Assembly: GCA_041917975.1 (NCBI GenBank)
Contig: JAYRWN010000222.1
Location: forward strand, 1 to 27,508
DNA length: 27,508 nucleotides
Source: Saprospiraceae bacterium
GTDB taxonomy: Bacteria > Bacteroidota > Bacteroidia > Chitinophagales > Saprospiraceae
Direction: 5' to 3'
The position numbers were made by a program, and so were the translations under genes. Shown here one piece after another: positions 9,991 through 19,434 of this stretch. How positions within the stretch are numbered: position 1 is the first letter of the stretch; each line of letters starts with the position of its first letter. The notes under the pieces are model-generated. The model had not been told where the DNA came from. It did no database searches and was given only the letters and a program-made list of their open reading frames with translations.

Positions 9991-10770
9991 TTATGGGATA
10001 AAATTATTCCATACTTCTGCTGCGATTTCCGGATAAACCACAAAGTCAAATAAGGATGGATCATCCGTAAATTGAGTATAAATACGCTTATTATTGACGA
10101 TTCCCAGCTCCTCATATTGCCGGGGAGTTTTTATTTCCAGATCGCGATGGCGATAACGGTTATTGTGATGCCAGGTTACCCACCCCTCTTCTTCTAAAAA
10201 TGGGTGCCATGCCAATCCGCGATGCGCGCGTACGCCGTCGTAAATAAATCCGTAATCCCGCACGCACCACGCACCAAAGGTCAAGGGTTCGTCCGGCGCG
10301 GCACTAATGGTGGCATGTGCCCAATATGGCGGTACAATTATAATATCCCCAGGTACAGCATTCACGGCAAAGCAACGGCCCGGATCGTCTTTGGCTTTCT
10401 CCTGCATCAGGATGATGGCTTTGCCGGACCAGATCTCATACACTTCCGGTGTCGACCAGCCAGAATATTCTGAAGTTTTATGAATATGGCCCTGACTGCG
10501 CACCGGTTCTGCACCCAGTTTACCTGCCGCATAGGTCACGGCTCCATACAATAAATGATGTTGATGGATGAGGGCTTGATCAGCTTTCCGACCAACACCC
10601 ATAGCAATGGCATAGACAGGGTCAGGCCCTGAACAATGGGGATCAGCCAAACTTGCTCTGATCGCATCCAATGTGCGAAATTCCACTGTCGGGCCAAATA
10701 CATCCGTACCATAGTTAAATCCTAAAGGGGAAGCGGTAGGAGTAATGTCGAATCCGGGATTAAAGGTCAT
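9991..10770 (-). CDS. cupin-type glucose-6-phosphate isomerase family protein (cPGI-like, long 259-aa form)
   Basis: It carries the cPGI metal-site signature GHIHKTSEYSGWSTPEVYEIW (GHxH...E.Y) and VPPYWAHATISAAPDEPLTF, matching the archaeal PGI motifs TKGHFHA...EVY and VPPYWAHR...DEPFIF. The N- and C-terminal extensions make it longer than canonical ~190-aa cPGIs. Confidence 0.6.
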   Translation of the reverse strand: MTFNPGFDITPTASPLGFNYGTDVFGPTVEFRTLDAIRASLADPHCSGPDPVYAIAMGVGRKADQALIHQHHLLYGAVTYAAGKLGAEPVRSQGHIHKTSEYSGWSTPEVYEIWSGKAIILMQEKAKDDPGRCFAVNAVPGDIIIVPPYWAHATISAAPDEPLTFGAWCVRDYGFIYDGVRAHRGLAWHPFLEEEGWVTWHHNNRYRHRDLEIKTPRQYEELGIVNNKRIYTQFTDDPSLFDFVVYPEIAAEVWNNFIP

Positions 10771-10782
10771 AATAGTATAGTT

Positions 10783-12315
10783 TTATTCCAGGATAATACC
10801 TTTATCCTGATGTGTTAAATAATAATTTGTCACTGTAGTTATACTTTTCGCCGGCAGGGTAAGCAGAGGGTCTGCCTGCAAAGTCTGCGGCCTTGGATTA
10901 AGTTGGAAGTTTGGTTTGGCAAACATTGATTTAGACACTTGATAAACGTAGAGCAGTTTGGCAGATTGAGGGGACAAATGCAGATTAACCAGGAGTGGTT
11001 CATCGCTTAAATTGAGCAGAAAAACACTGAGATTACCGTGAGGGCTTTTTAAAGCTGCAGCCAGCAAAGTCTCGTCGTTAAATTCATGCTGGCAGGTTAT
11101 CACAGCGGAATATTTTGATAAAAAACGGGATAAAATACCAAAGCCGTAATAGGCTTCCGGTTCCGGCTCAATAATTTGATAATAGTCTTTTTGATTCCTG
11201 TTCCAGGTGCGAATTAACTGCCACTGTCCATCCAGATCACCACGATTGGTAAAACTCCAGCGGTTAAATCCATCCACACCGGCACGCATACCCCGGATGA
11301 CATCCTGAGCGTTAGATAAGGCAGCGGCAAAAGTAGCCTGACCAGGATGATCATCGCCATAACCCAACTGCATGTTACCGTATTCCGATAAAAAGAAGGG
11401 TTTATTTTGAGCATGCGCCCAGTTAGCCCAGCGCCTTAAATTTTGTTCACCCGCAGCGGTGACTCCATCATAAGAATGGATATCAATGGTGCCCAGATAT
11501 TGGGCAAAAGTTAATTTTTCGGGGTCAAATGGAGGCATACTGGTCCAATCCGGGCCAGAAATGGGTACCTGAATACCGCGTCGATCTAATTCTTGTTTTA
11601 ATCTTTTCCAGGCCTCGTCCAAGGTGCCCTGGCCATGTCCGTACTCCCACCAATAGCCCCAGGGCCCGCCGGGGGGTTCATTGGTCATACAAAAATATTT
11701 TATACACGAGTATTTTTTGACCTTGGTCAAATAGTCCAACATGGTAGCGATGCCATGGGCAAAATCATCAAGATTATGTGGAGCACTGATGAGTGGGTGG
11801 ACGCCAGGCCAGGCATTCCACGCCACATCGCTCCACATTTGTTGTAAAAACACATCCACCCCATTTTTTTCAGACCAGTTCAGGATCAGATATAAGGTCT
11901 GCATTTCGTCATTATCCCAATCAAATTTGCCGCGGCGAGGCTCATACATACCCTGACTTAATTCAACCCGTATAAAATTTAAACCCAGCCAGGCAGCATG
12001 CTGTTTTATTTGATTCCAGCCTGAATTATCGGTGACGGGAGGATTTCCACCGTAGGCACTTCCCCGTGGACAATATTCGCGGGCTGGATATTTATATAAA
12101 TGATTATTTAAGATGATTTCTTTGCTGAGGGCGTGCCAGGAAGCACCCATCCCACCACGCATGGTGTAAATGATTTCCGCTGTATTAATAGTTATTTGTT
12201 CCGGTACTGCATCCTTTTTCATCATAATCAGGGTACATAAATTAATACCAATCAACAATAAATTAATCATCGCAAAAAATATTAAGTTTTCACATAACCC
12301 TTGATCGTACCACAT
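10783..12315 (-). CDS. glycoside hydrolase, clan GH-A (GH5-like), with N-terminal signal anchor
   Basis: The N-terminus LIFFAMINLLLIGINLCTLIM is hydrophobic. Acid/base motif CMTNEPPGGPWGYWWE (NEP) and nucleophile motif FFLSEYGN are present. The ATG at 12315 overlaps the end of the upstream gene by 34 nt; an internal ATG at ~12270 is possible. Confidence 0.6.
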   Translation of the reverse strand: MWYDQGLCENLIFFAMINLLLIGINLCTLIMMKKDAVPEQITINTAEIIYTMRGGMGASWHALSKEIILNNHLYKYPAREYCPRGSAYGGNPPVTDNSGWNQIKQHAAWLGLNFIRVELSQGMYEPRRGKFDWDNDEMQTLYLILNWSEKNGVDVFLQQMWSDVAWNAWPGVHPLISAPHNLDDFAHGIATMLDYLTKVKKYSCIKYFCMTNEPPGGPWGYWWEYGHGQGTLDEAWKRLKQELDRRGIQVPISGPDWTSMPPFDPEKLTFAQYLGTIDIHSYDGVTAAGEQNLRRWANWAHAQNKPFFLSEYGNMQLGYGDDHPGQATFAAALSNAQDVIRGMRAGVDGFNRWSFTNRGDLDGQWQLIRTWNRNQKDYYQIIEPEPEAYYGFGILSRFLSKYSAVITCQHEFNDETLLAAALKSPHGNLSVFLLNLSDEPLLVNLHLSPQSAKLLYVYQVSKSMFAKPNFQLNPRPQTLQADPLLTLPAKSITTVTNYYLTHQDKGIILE

Positions 12316-14060
12316 ATCTGGCCTTCACTTAAGCCATAAGGCCGGATACTGTAAGAAATAATCCGGGCAGGAATAATTACGACTTCCGCATAATGTAAAA
12401 TGAACGGTTTAAATATCTCTTGCGGGCTTTCGATCACCACCTCAGCACCTTCTACCAGGCATAACACCTGCACACCGCCACCGGTATAATGAATAACGGT
12501 ATTGTCAAACCAATGCCTGCGGGTTTCAATAAATTCGCTGGCATGTAAACCAGTGCGCTCTTCTTTCCATCCTTCACCTTCCTGCACCAATTCCACTTGA
12601 TTAACCAAGTTCTTACCGGTCCAGGTCGTGGTGCGATCCCATTGAATAACGTTACGGCCATGTTCAAGATTGATGGGGCGTGGACGACCATCTAACCCCA
12701 GGCGCCCCCAGTCCCAGAGCTTAAAAGTAAAAATATACGGTGTAGCGCTGATTTCCAGAACCATGCTGTTTTTTCCTGAACAATGCACCGTCCCGGCAGG
12801 TATCAAAATATGATCATGTTTTTTCACCGGCCAGGTCTGCACGAATTTATCAGCATCAAAATGTATTTCTCCTGCTTGGGCCCTTTGCAAATCATCCATC
12901 AACGCAACTGGATCTGCTCCCTCTTTCAATCCCAAATACACCGTGGCATCTTCATCAGCGTCCATGAAATAATAACTTTCATCCTGCGTATAATGCCATC
13001 CGAATTTTTCCTGAATATATTCCGTGAGGGGATGAACTTGTAAACTAAGATTTCCACCATCCATGGTATCTAAAAAGTCAAAACGGATCGGAAACTCATC
13101 GCCGAAGCGTGCATAAACGGCTTCACCCAGCAATTCCTTAGTTTGAAAAAATACAACATTAATGGATGGAATTTCAATTAAACCATTTTTGAATTGTAAC
13201 AACAGACTATTCTCTTCCGGAACGGCATTAAAACACCAGGCATAATTAGGTGCGGACGGATCCAGTTCACACACCTCTTTCATCCATTGACCACCCCAGG
13301 GTCCGGGATCAAAAAACGGCACCACACTAAACGGTTGGCTCACCGCTTGCCTTAATCCCTCGCAAATGGCTTCACCGGAAATTAATTTCGGATGATTAGG
13401 CTGATTGGTATCCAATAAAAAATCGATGTGTTTAAATATTTTCTTTTTTAAACGATCACAAACCCGCCAATCCACAAAAAAGGCTTGTTTGTATAACAAC
13501 ATCCAGTCCGCGGTATGACGGTTTTGTACACCCAAATTGTCTACGGCATGGCGACGCATTCGTTGCTGAATTTCCCAGCGGCCCAAGTCAGCATAAATGA
13601 GGATATCCGCAGTTGGATAACATAAGGATGCTCCCGGTCCATATATGACCCACACCCCGCTTTGATGGCGATTTATTTCTTTTTCTAATTGGTTTAATTT
13701 CTCCGGTGCAAAAAAATCCCGCATGGTCAAGCGGGTGAGGTATCCGAAAATACGATCTTCGGTCACATCAGGCTGAACCAACCGGCGAATGTGCTCAGGT
13801 GAATGCATATAATCCGTGCTTTGAATAAAATAATTAGCGGACAAACCTCCCCGTATGGCCGGCAAAATTTCTTCATGTAGCACACCTTGGTACGTTTCAA
13901 TAACCACCACCTTTCTTGGTCCGGTCCGATAATGCACAGCCTGGTTAATTTGATGGACAATGTCTTCCCATCCGTGGTCGATACTCCAAAGACTTTCTTG
14001 CAAATCAATAGTTGGTTGTTTGTTGTACTGAACCGGAAAGGTTTTATATTTTTTGCGCAT
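12282..14060 (-). CDS. class I mannose-6-phosphate isomerase (PMI)-like cupin fused to an unrecognised ~240-aa N-terminal domain (592 aa)
   Basis: The C-terminal ~350 aa carry type I PMI motifs: DPGPWGGQW, NYAWCFNAV, the zinc-site motif LSLQVHPLTEYIQEKFGWHYTQDESYY (QVHP) and IPAGTVHCSG. The N-terminal 240 residues (VVVIETYQGV...VWVIYGPGASL...) have no motif I can assign. Confidence 0.6.
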   Translation of the reverse strand: MRKKYKTFPVQYNKQPTIDLQESLWSIDHGWEDIVHQINQAVHYRTGPRKVVVIETYQGVLHEEILPAIRGGLSANYFIQSTDYMHSPEHIRRLVQPDVTEDRIFGYLTRLTMRDFFAPEKLNQLEKEINRHQSGVWVIYGPGASLCYPTADILIYADLGRWEIQQRMRRHAVDNLGVQNRHTADWMLLYKQAFFVDWRVCDRLKKKIFKHIDFLLDTNQPNHPKLISGEAICEGLRQAVSQPFSVVPFFDPGPWGGQWMKEVCELDPSAPNYAWCFNAVPEENSLLLQFKNGLIEIPSINVVFFQTKELLGEAVYARFGDEFPIRFDFLDTMDGGNLSLQVHPLTEYIQEKFGWHYTQDESYYFMDADEDATVYLGLKEGADPVALMDDLQRAQAGEIHFDADKFVQTWPVKKHDHILIPAGTVHCSGKNSMVLEISATPYIFTFKLWDWGRLGLDGRPRPINLEHGRNVIQWDRTTTWTGKNLVNQVELVQEGEGWKEERTGLHASEFIETRRHWFDNTVIHYTGGGVQVLCLVEGAEVVIESPQEIFKPFILHYAEVVIIPARIISYSIRPYGLSEGQICGTIKGYVKT

Positions 14061-14081
14061 ATTTAATTAACTACCAGTTGT

Positions 14082-15026
14082 TTAAATAATCTTTGACCGG
14101 ACCAAATAATCCGCTCCATATAAGGCGGCAGAATCTACGTGTTTGGCCTGGAGGAGTTGTACCTTCCCCCAGGGAGTCCAGGCACGTTGATTTAAATTAG
14201 TTTGTAAAACGGGCAACAATAGGTGTGCCCCATGCATAATTCCACCACTTAAAACAATGACTTGAGGGTCGTATGCATGCACCAGGGAAACCAACACAGC
14301 AGACCAGGCTGAAAGACAATGGTGATAAATATCTAAAGCTACTTCGTCCCCACCTGCAACCCAATGCAATAAAGATTTAAAATCCAAAGAAGGGGCGGCA
14401 AATAAATGACTTTCTGTAAATTTTGCATGCGAGCGAATTAAATCGGGTAATCGCCAAGAAGACGCTTCTGCTTCTGCGCATCCATAGTTTCCGCATGTAC
14501 AACGTGAGCCGCGATGATTTATGACCAGATGACCGCCTAAATTTCCCGCCTGAAAATGCTTGCCAATTAATAATTCATTATTTATCAACACCGCCGACCC
14601 GATGCCGGTACCCAGAGTCATTAACACCACGTCACTATACCCTTTGGCTGCACCGTATTGCCACTCGCCGAGTAAAGCCATGCGCGCATCATTTAAGGCA
14701 AATAACGGCCAGCCCCATTGCTCCCGCGCCCAGGCCAGTAAATCAATTTCCGGCCCGTCATCATATTTTTTATTGGTGGACAAAATGCGTTGCTCGTCAG
14801 AATCGACTAATCCGGCAAACGCAAATCCTAGGCCAGACACCTGTGTGGGCAGCACTTGCGCTGAGTTTAGCAGTTCATCAATTGAAGAAACGATAGGCGG
14901 TAATTGATTTTTTAAGCCCGCGCCAGCATAAGCTTCAATATTTTTTTGCCCTATTAAATTCCCGGACTGCAGTAATCCGATTTTAATCACCGTTCCACCC
15001 AAATCTATACCTACGGTGTAATTCAT
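14082..15026 (-). CDS. ROK-family sugar kinase (glucokinase/mannokinase/fructokinase-like)
   Basis: The N-terminal ATP-binding motif is VGIDLGGTVIKIGLL. The ROK zinc-cysteine motif CTCGNYGCAEAEASS and GHLVINHRG are present. It is 314 aa. Confidence 0.85.
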   Translation of the reverse strand: MNYTVGIDLGGTVIKIGLLQSGNLIGQKNIEAYAGAGLKNQLPPIVSSIDELLNSAQVLPTQVSGLGFAFAGLVDSDEQRILSTNKKYDDGPEIDLLAWAREQWGWPLFALNDARMALLGEWQYGAAKGYSDVVLMTLGTGIGSAVLINNELLIGKHFQAGNLGGHLVINHRGSRCTCGNYGCAEAEASSWRLPDLIRSHAKFTESHLFAAPSLDFKSLLHWVAGGDEVALDIYHHCLSAWSAVLVSLVHAYDPQVIVLSGGIMHGAHLLLPVLQTNLNQRAWTPWGKVQLLQAKHVDSAALYGADYLVRSKII

Positions 15027-15040
15027 GTTCCGCGCGGTTT

Positions 15041-16363
15041 TTATTTAATCAGATGCGTTTCTAATTCTTCCAATGTTTTACTTTTTGTTTCAGGTACGTA
15101 AATCCAGACATAGACCAAAGTGACTACGCAGATTATGGCAAAAATGAGGAAGGTTATTCCTCCGTTTAATTTTTCCAACATCACTGGAAATACAATCGCG
15201 ACCACCGTACAAGCTACCCATAAACTTACCAGAGCTATGGACATGCCTTTACTGCGTAAACGATTAGGAAATAATTCTGCCACCACCACCCATAATGCCG
15301 GCCCCAGTGAAGCGGCAAAAAAAGCGATATAACCCAGGATAAAAATCAGGACTAACATGCTCTGGGTGTGGCCGGTAAAAAACAAATAAGATAATCCCAT
15401 CAAAGTAAGCGCCATTCCTGCTGAGCCGATGAGGATCAACCACCTTCGGCCCATCCGGTCAATTAAGACCATGGCCACCAGGGTGAAAATAAAATTAGTA
15501 CCTCCGACCGCTAAAGTCTGCAGTAAGGCACTGTCATTGGAGATACCTACACTGGCAAATATTTTCGGCGCATAATACATAATGGTATTGATTCCGGTTA
15601 TTTGTTGAAAAACCGAGAGAATAATTCCCACCCATAATAATTTACGCACCGGAGATTGCCATAATTCACTATAACTACCCTCTTCATGAGTACGCAATGT
15701 ATTTTCTATTTCCGCTAATTCGTTTTTGGCATTCAGCTCACCGGAGGTTTTTACCAATATTCTAAATGCGTCATGCGGCAACCCGCGCGCGACTAACCAG
15801 CGCGGGCTTTCAGGTACCAGGAATAAACTAAAAAATAATAAAATGGCCGGTAAAGCCATCACTAAAAACATCCAGCGCCAATTATTGTCACCGCTGTCGG
15901 CTAATAAATAATTACTAAAAAAGGCTATCAGAATACCTATGACAATCGCTAATTGGTTCAGCGAGACTAATACGCCGCGATATTTTGCCGGAGCTAATTC
16001 GGCTATGTACATGGGTGATAAAATGGAGGCCACGCCTACAGCCAATCCACCGATCACACGGGAGGTTATAAAAACAGGTAACGATTGGGCCACGGCACTG
16101 CCCAGGGCTGAGAATAAAAATAAAACTGCGGCACCCATCAGGACTTTTCGACGGCCATAAGCATCGCCCGCTTTGCCGGCTATAACTACTCCGGCAATAC
16201 AACCAAATAATAAACTACTTACTGTCCAGCCTAAACCGACTTCGCTTAAACCAAAATACGGCTGGATAAAATTTAATGTTCCGGAAATAACTGCGGTGTC
16301 AAACCCAAATAACAATCCGCCTAAGGCGGCCACAACTGAAATCAGGATAACGTATGCATTCAT
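15041..16363 (-). CDS. MFS sugar-porter family sugar:H+ symporter (XylE/GalP/AraE-like)
   Basis: Twelve TM-like hydrophobic segments. The sugar-porter signatures GRRKVLM, LVPESPRWL and PETKSKTLEE are present. Confidence 0.9.
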   Translation of the reverse strand: MNAYVILISVVAALGGLLFGFDTAVISGTLNFIQPYFGLSEVGLGWTVSSLLFGCIAGVVIAGKAGDAYGRRKVLMGAAVLFLFSALGSAVAQSLPVFITSRVIGGLAVGVASILSPMYIAELAPAKYRGVLVSLNQLAIVIGILIAFFSNYLLADSGDNNWRWMFLVMALPAILLFFSLFLVPESPRWLVARGLPHDAFRILVKTSGELNAKNELAEIENTLRTHEEGSYSELWQSPVRKLLWVGIILSVFQQITGINTIMYYAPKIFASVGISNDSALLQTLAVGGTNFIFTLVAMVLIDRMGRRWLILIGSAGMALTLMGLSYLFFTGHTQSMLVLIFILGYIAFFAASLGPALWVVVAELFPNRLRSKGMSIALVSLWVACTVVAIVFPVMLEKLNGGITFLIFAIICVVTLVYVWIYVPETKSKTLEELETHLIK

Positions 16364-16387
16364 ATCATTAGTGATAAATAAAACCTT

Positions 16388-16972
16388 TTAAGAGTGACTA
16401 TCTTTCATGTCTATTAAGCGTGGCCTTCCTTCCAGATCCAACAGCCTTGCTGAAAACCCATTTTGAGTTATTTCGTGGTAATTATAGCCGGCATCGGCGG
16501 GCCAGCAAGCACCCACTATTAATGCCTCGTCTCCCACATTTGCCAGGCGGTGGGCGGTTTCTCCCGGAATATAATGTAGGCTTCCTGGAAAGACTTGCTC
16601 GGCCCAGGTTTGCCGCTGGCGATTCATCAGAATTAAAAAACCTTGTCCTTGTACTCCCCAATAAAACTCACCCCGGTCACTTTGCGCATGAAAGTGGCCC
16701 TTGGTCATAAAATATTCCCGGCCCACTTTTCCGGGCATTACGGTGGACACACCAAAAAATAATCCCCCGGCGGTACCCTCTTTTACCGGCAACCACGTTT
16801 GTACTTTGTAAACAAGTTGGTCCGCTGAAATTTTGCTGACTTCGCTGGACTCCAGAAAATATTCTGCAAGCTCAGCAACCGTTCTTGTTTGTTGCACTAC
16901 CGGGGCGCCCAGCATGGTGAAGTCGTGTAAACTTAAGGTAACTGTAGGTGCAAATATTTTCGGATGATTCAT
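16388..16972 (-). CDS. cupin-type glucose-6-phosphate isomerase (cPGI, archaeal-type; 194 aa)
   Basis: The core PGKVGREYFMTKGHFHAQSDRGEFYWGVQGQG...SLHYIPGETAHRLANVGDEALIVGACWPADAGYNYHEITQNGFS is collinear with the Pyrococcus furiosus PGI core, recalled from memory as PGKVGKEFFFTKGHFHAKLDRAEVYVALKGKG...VVYVPPYWAHRTVNIGDEPFIFLAIYPADAGHDYGTIAEKGFS. The metal ligands are conserved. Confidence 0.8.
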   Translation of the reverse strand: MNHPKIFAPTVTLSLHDFTMLGAPVVQQTRTVAELAEYFLESSEVSKISADQLVYKVQTWLPVKEGTAGGLFFGVSTVMPGKVGREYFMTKGHFHAQSDRGEFYWGVQGQGFLILMNRQRQTWAEQVFPGSLHYIPGETAHRLANVGDEALIVGACWPADAGYNYHEITQNGFSARLLDLEGRPRLIDMKDSHS

Positions 16973-19197
16973 GGCATGAGCGGATTAATTTCACTATAGG
17001 AATACGCAGGTAGTGAGCCTATTTTTAAATAACGGCGACTTAATACCGGCTCACCTTGTGCAGGCTGATATTTCGCCACCAAGGTATAACCTCCTTTGGT
17101 TCGCGGTAGTTTGATCTGAATAGGTATTTTGGTCGTAATAAATGGGGCCAGTTTTATTTCCAATTCTTGGGCATATACTTTTTGCCCTGCTGGGTTATAT
17201 AAATGTACAGCAACCTGTCCTTGACTTAATTGTGCTTGATGGTTTAGGCCGTATAAATTAAAATGTAACATGGACCCAGGCCTATGTGGAGGAACATGCT
17301 TGGTATATCGCTCGTCGGTTAAATTTATAAAAGTTGCCGCCGGGGCAAATGCATGTTTAAACCAGTGGATGGTGGGTGAGGGTTTTAAATCACGAATTTG
17401 ATCGATAAACCAATCGCCGGTATAGCCATAATTATTAGCCAAATAACAAAAAGCCAATACGCCTGCAGCTTGAGTCCCTACCCGCAGCCATTCCGTTTCT
17501 AATTGTAACCAATACGCTTGAAACTCGCGATTTTGATCAGGGGTGGACTGTGGACCGAGATAATATTTATAAACATCCAATGTAAGTTTACTGGGCTGAC
17601 CATTGCGCCACAGCCAAACCCACCCATACTCATTGATAAGTTGGGCCGCTGAAGAAACTTCCATGCGCTGTATCATCTCCGGATGGTAATCAAGGTTACC
17701 AAGCGGGTAGGGATTTTTATTAAATAATTCCGGCGTCATCCAGGGCAAAGGACCTTGATAAGGATGTGGTTCATCCATTTCATCCAAAATCATATGGTCA
17801 CTGGTCATATATCCGGCATCCCAAATCCGGGTGGGGTCTAGCTCTTTTAGTTCGGGGATGAGTTGTTTTCCAATAAAATCATCCCAGTTTTCATTAATAG
17901 CATCCCAAATGACAATGCTGGGATGACTTCCATCACTCCAAATCCAATCGGTATATTCCTGCCGAATCTGTGCATCCCACCCGTGATTTTGCCAATACAG
18001 CCATTCATTTTGGAACATTATCCCCGCTTCATCCGCCAGATCATACCAAAAATCGGGTAAAATACCTACACAAACCCGCATAGCATTCCAGTGTAATTGT
18101 TTCGGATAATCCACTAATAATTTTTTGACCCAGGCGCGATCCCAAACTAAAGCACCACAATCCGGATCTTCAAAAAACCGGTGTAAAGTCAGGTTAGTCC
18201 CGGATAGAATAATTTTTTCTCCATTGAGGTAAAAATATTTTCCCTTGCGCGTAAAATCACGCATACCGAAATTTTTTACTACCTGATCTGACCTCATACC
18301 TTCAGTCAGTATTTGTACCTCCGCAGCATATAAAAAAGGTGCCTCTGGTGACCATAATTTAAAAGAATCCAAGGAAATGGTGCAGGCAAATTCGGTCTGA
18401 TTATCGCGTTTGGTTATGATCGGATGTTTGACTTGAGCGATCATTTTACCACTTAATTTTTCCCTGATTGTGACCAGAAACTGCGACGTATCATACATTG
18501 CATCACCATAATTAATCTGAGAAGGGTTAAAATTGCGTAACAAAGATTTGACAGTCACAGTTTTTCCTTGCACCGAAGGTAAAAGTAACGTGCGGTCAAT
18601 ACGAATGGCATGGGTAAATGATAGCTCTACATCATCCCAAATTCCCGGCAGGTAGTGTTCTTTTTCTTTATCCGTACTTCCGGCAGCCGCACTAGGTAGC
18701 CAAGCACGATCCCCTAACCTGATAAGTATTTCATTTTCCTCACCGTATTTTAGGGCTCGCAATGGAAATTCAACTGGGGTGTAACATGCCATGGACCCAC
18801 CAAGATCCTGGCCATTGACAAAGACCTGGGTGACATATTGGCTCTTTTTAATACTGATCACACCATATAAGTTTTTATAGTTGGCAGGTATAAATACCTT
18901 CCGTTTATACCAACTGTACCTTGGAGTATAATCCAGGGCCAGAAGATTATGGGCCATCTTAATTACTGTCTTTTCAGGTCGTCTAAAAAACTGTTCATAA
19001 TCATCAATGAGTGGAGAGGCCAGGTGAATTAAACCGGGAACCGGAATATTGCGCGTAAAAGCGAAGGGTGGAAATGCAGTGAAGGATTGCTCAAACTGCC
19101 AAACTCCATTGAGTTGAATGACCTGTCGCGGAGCATTAGTTTGCGCGCCCAGCTGTAGAGAAACAATGAGCAACCAGATAAATTTGACTCGGTGCAT
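16969..19197 (-). CDS. secreted glycoside hydrolase family 2 (beta-galactosidase/beta-mannosidase/beta-glucuronidase class)
   Basis: The signal peptide is MHRVKFIWLLIVSLQLGAQT. An N-terminal GH2 sugar-binding motif NGVWQFEQ and the acid/base region SHPSIVIWDAINENW (compare LacZ NHPSVIIWSLGNESG) are present. It is 742 aa and is the first gene of the operon. Confidence 0.8.
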   Translation of the reverse strand: MHRVKFIWLLIVSLQLGAQTNAPRQVIQLNGVWQFEQSFTAFPPFAFTRNIPVPGLIHLASPLIDDYEQFFRRPEKTVIKMAHNLLALDYTPRYSWYKRKVFIPANYKNLYGVISIKKSQYVTQVFVNGQDLGGSMACYTPVEFPLRALKYGEENEILIRLGDRAWLPSAAAGSTDKEKEHYLPGIWDDVELSFTHAIRIDRTLLLPSVQGKTVTVKSLLRNFNPSQINYGDAMYDTSQFLVTIREKLSGKMIAQVKHPIITKRDNQTEFACTISLDSFKLWSPEAPFLYAAEVQILTEGMRSDQVVKNFGMRDFTRKGKYFYLNGEKIILSGTNLTLHRFFEDPDCGALVWDRAWVKKLLVDYPKQLHWNAMRVCVGILPDFWYDLADEAGIMFQNEWLYWQNHGWDAQIRQEYTDWIWSDGSHPSIVIWDAINENWDDFIGKQLIPELKELDPTRIWDAGYMTSDHMILDEMDEPHPYQGPLPWMTPELFNKNPYPLGNLDYHPEMIQRMEVSSAAQLINEYGWVWLWRNGQPSKLTLDVYKYYLGPQSTPDQNREFQAYWLQLETEWLRVGTQAAGVLAFCYLANNYGYTGDWFIDQIRDLKPSPTIHWFKHAFAPAATFINLTDERYTKHVPPHRPGSMLHFNLYGLNHQAQLSQGQVAVHLYNPAGQKVYAQELEIKLAPFITTKIPIQIKLPRTKGGYTLVAKYQPAQGEPVLSRRYLKIGSLPAYSYSEINPLMP

Positions 19198-19354
19198 CGT
19201 GTTAATTATATCAAAAGCACTAAAGCAATCTCAATCCATGATCAATAGCGACAAATTAAACAATTATCTCTGCCCAAAGACAGCCTTATAGAATAATCAT
19301 CATTGATTCTGATTTAAATCATGCTGAGGAATTGCACCAAGGCCATAAAGAAAA

Positions 19355-19434
19355 AAATGAGAGTATCGGTGGTGCTCCTGACTATGTGGGTTATTGGGGC
19401 GGGGTTGGAAGGGGTTAACGAGATACTCTCATTT
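19355..19434. promoter_or_regulatory. 13-bp perfect inverted repeat (19355-19367 / 19422-19434) bracketing a canonical G-quadruplex motif (19388-19414) in the divergent GH2 / M19-like intergenic region
   Basis: Read directly: AAATGAGAGTATC ... GATACTCTCATTT are exact reverse complements ~54 nt apart. The loop contains GGGttattGGGGcGGGGttggaaGGGG, i.e. four G-tracts with loops of 7 nt or less. The surrounding ~500 bp is otherwise AT-rich. Confidence 0.35.
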
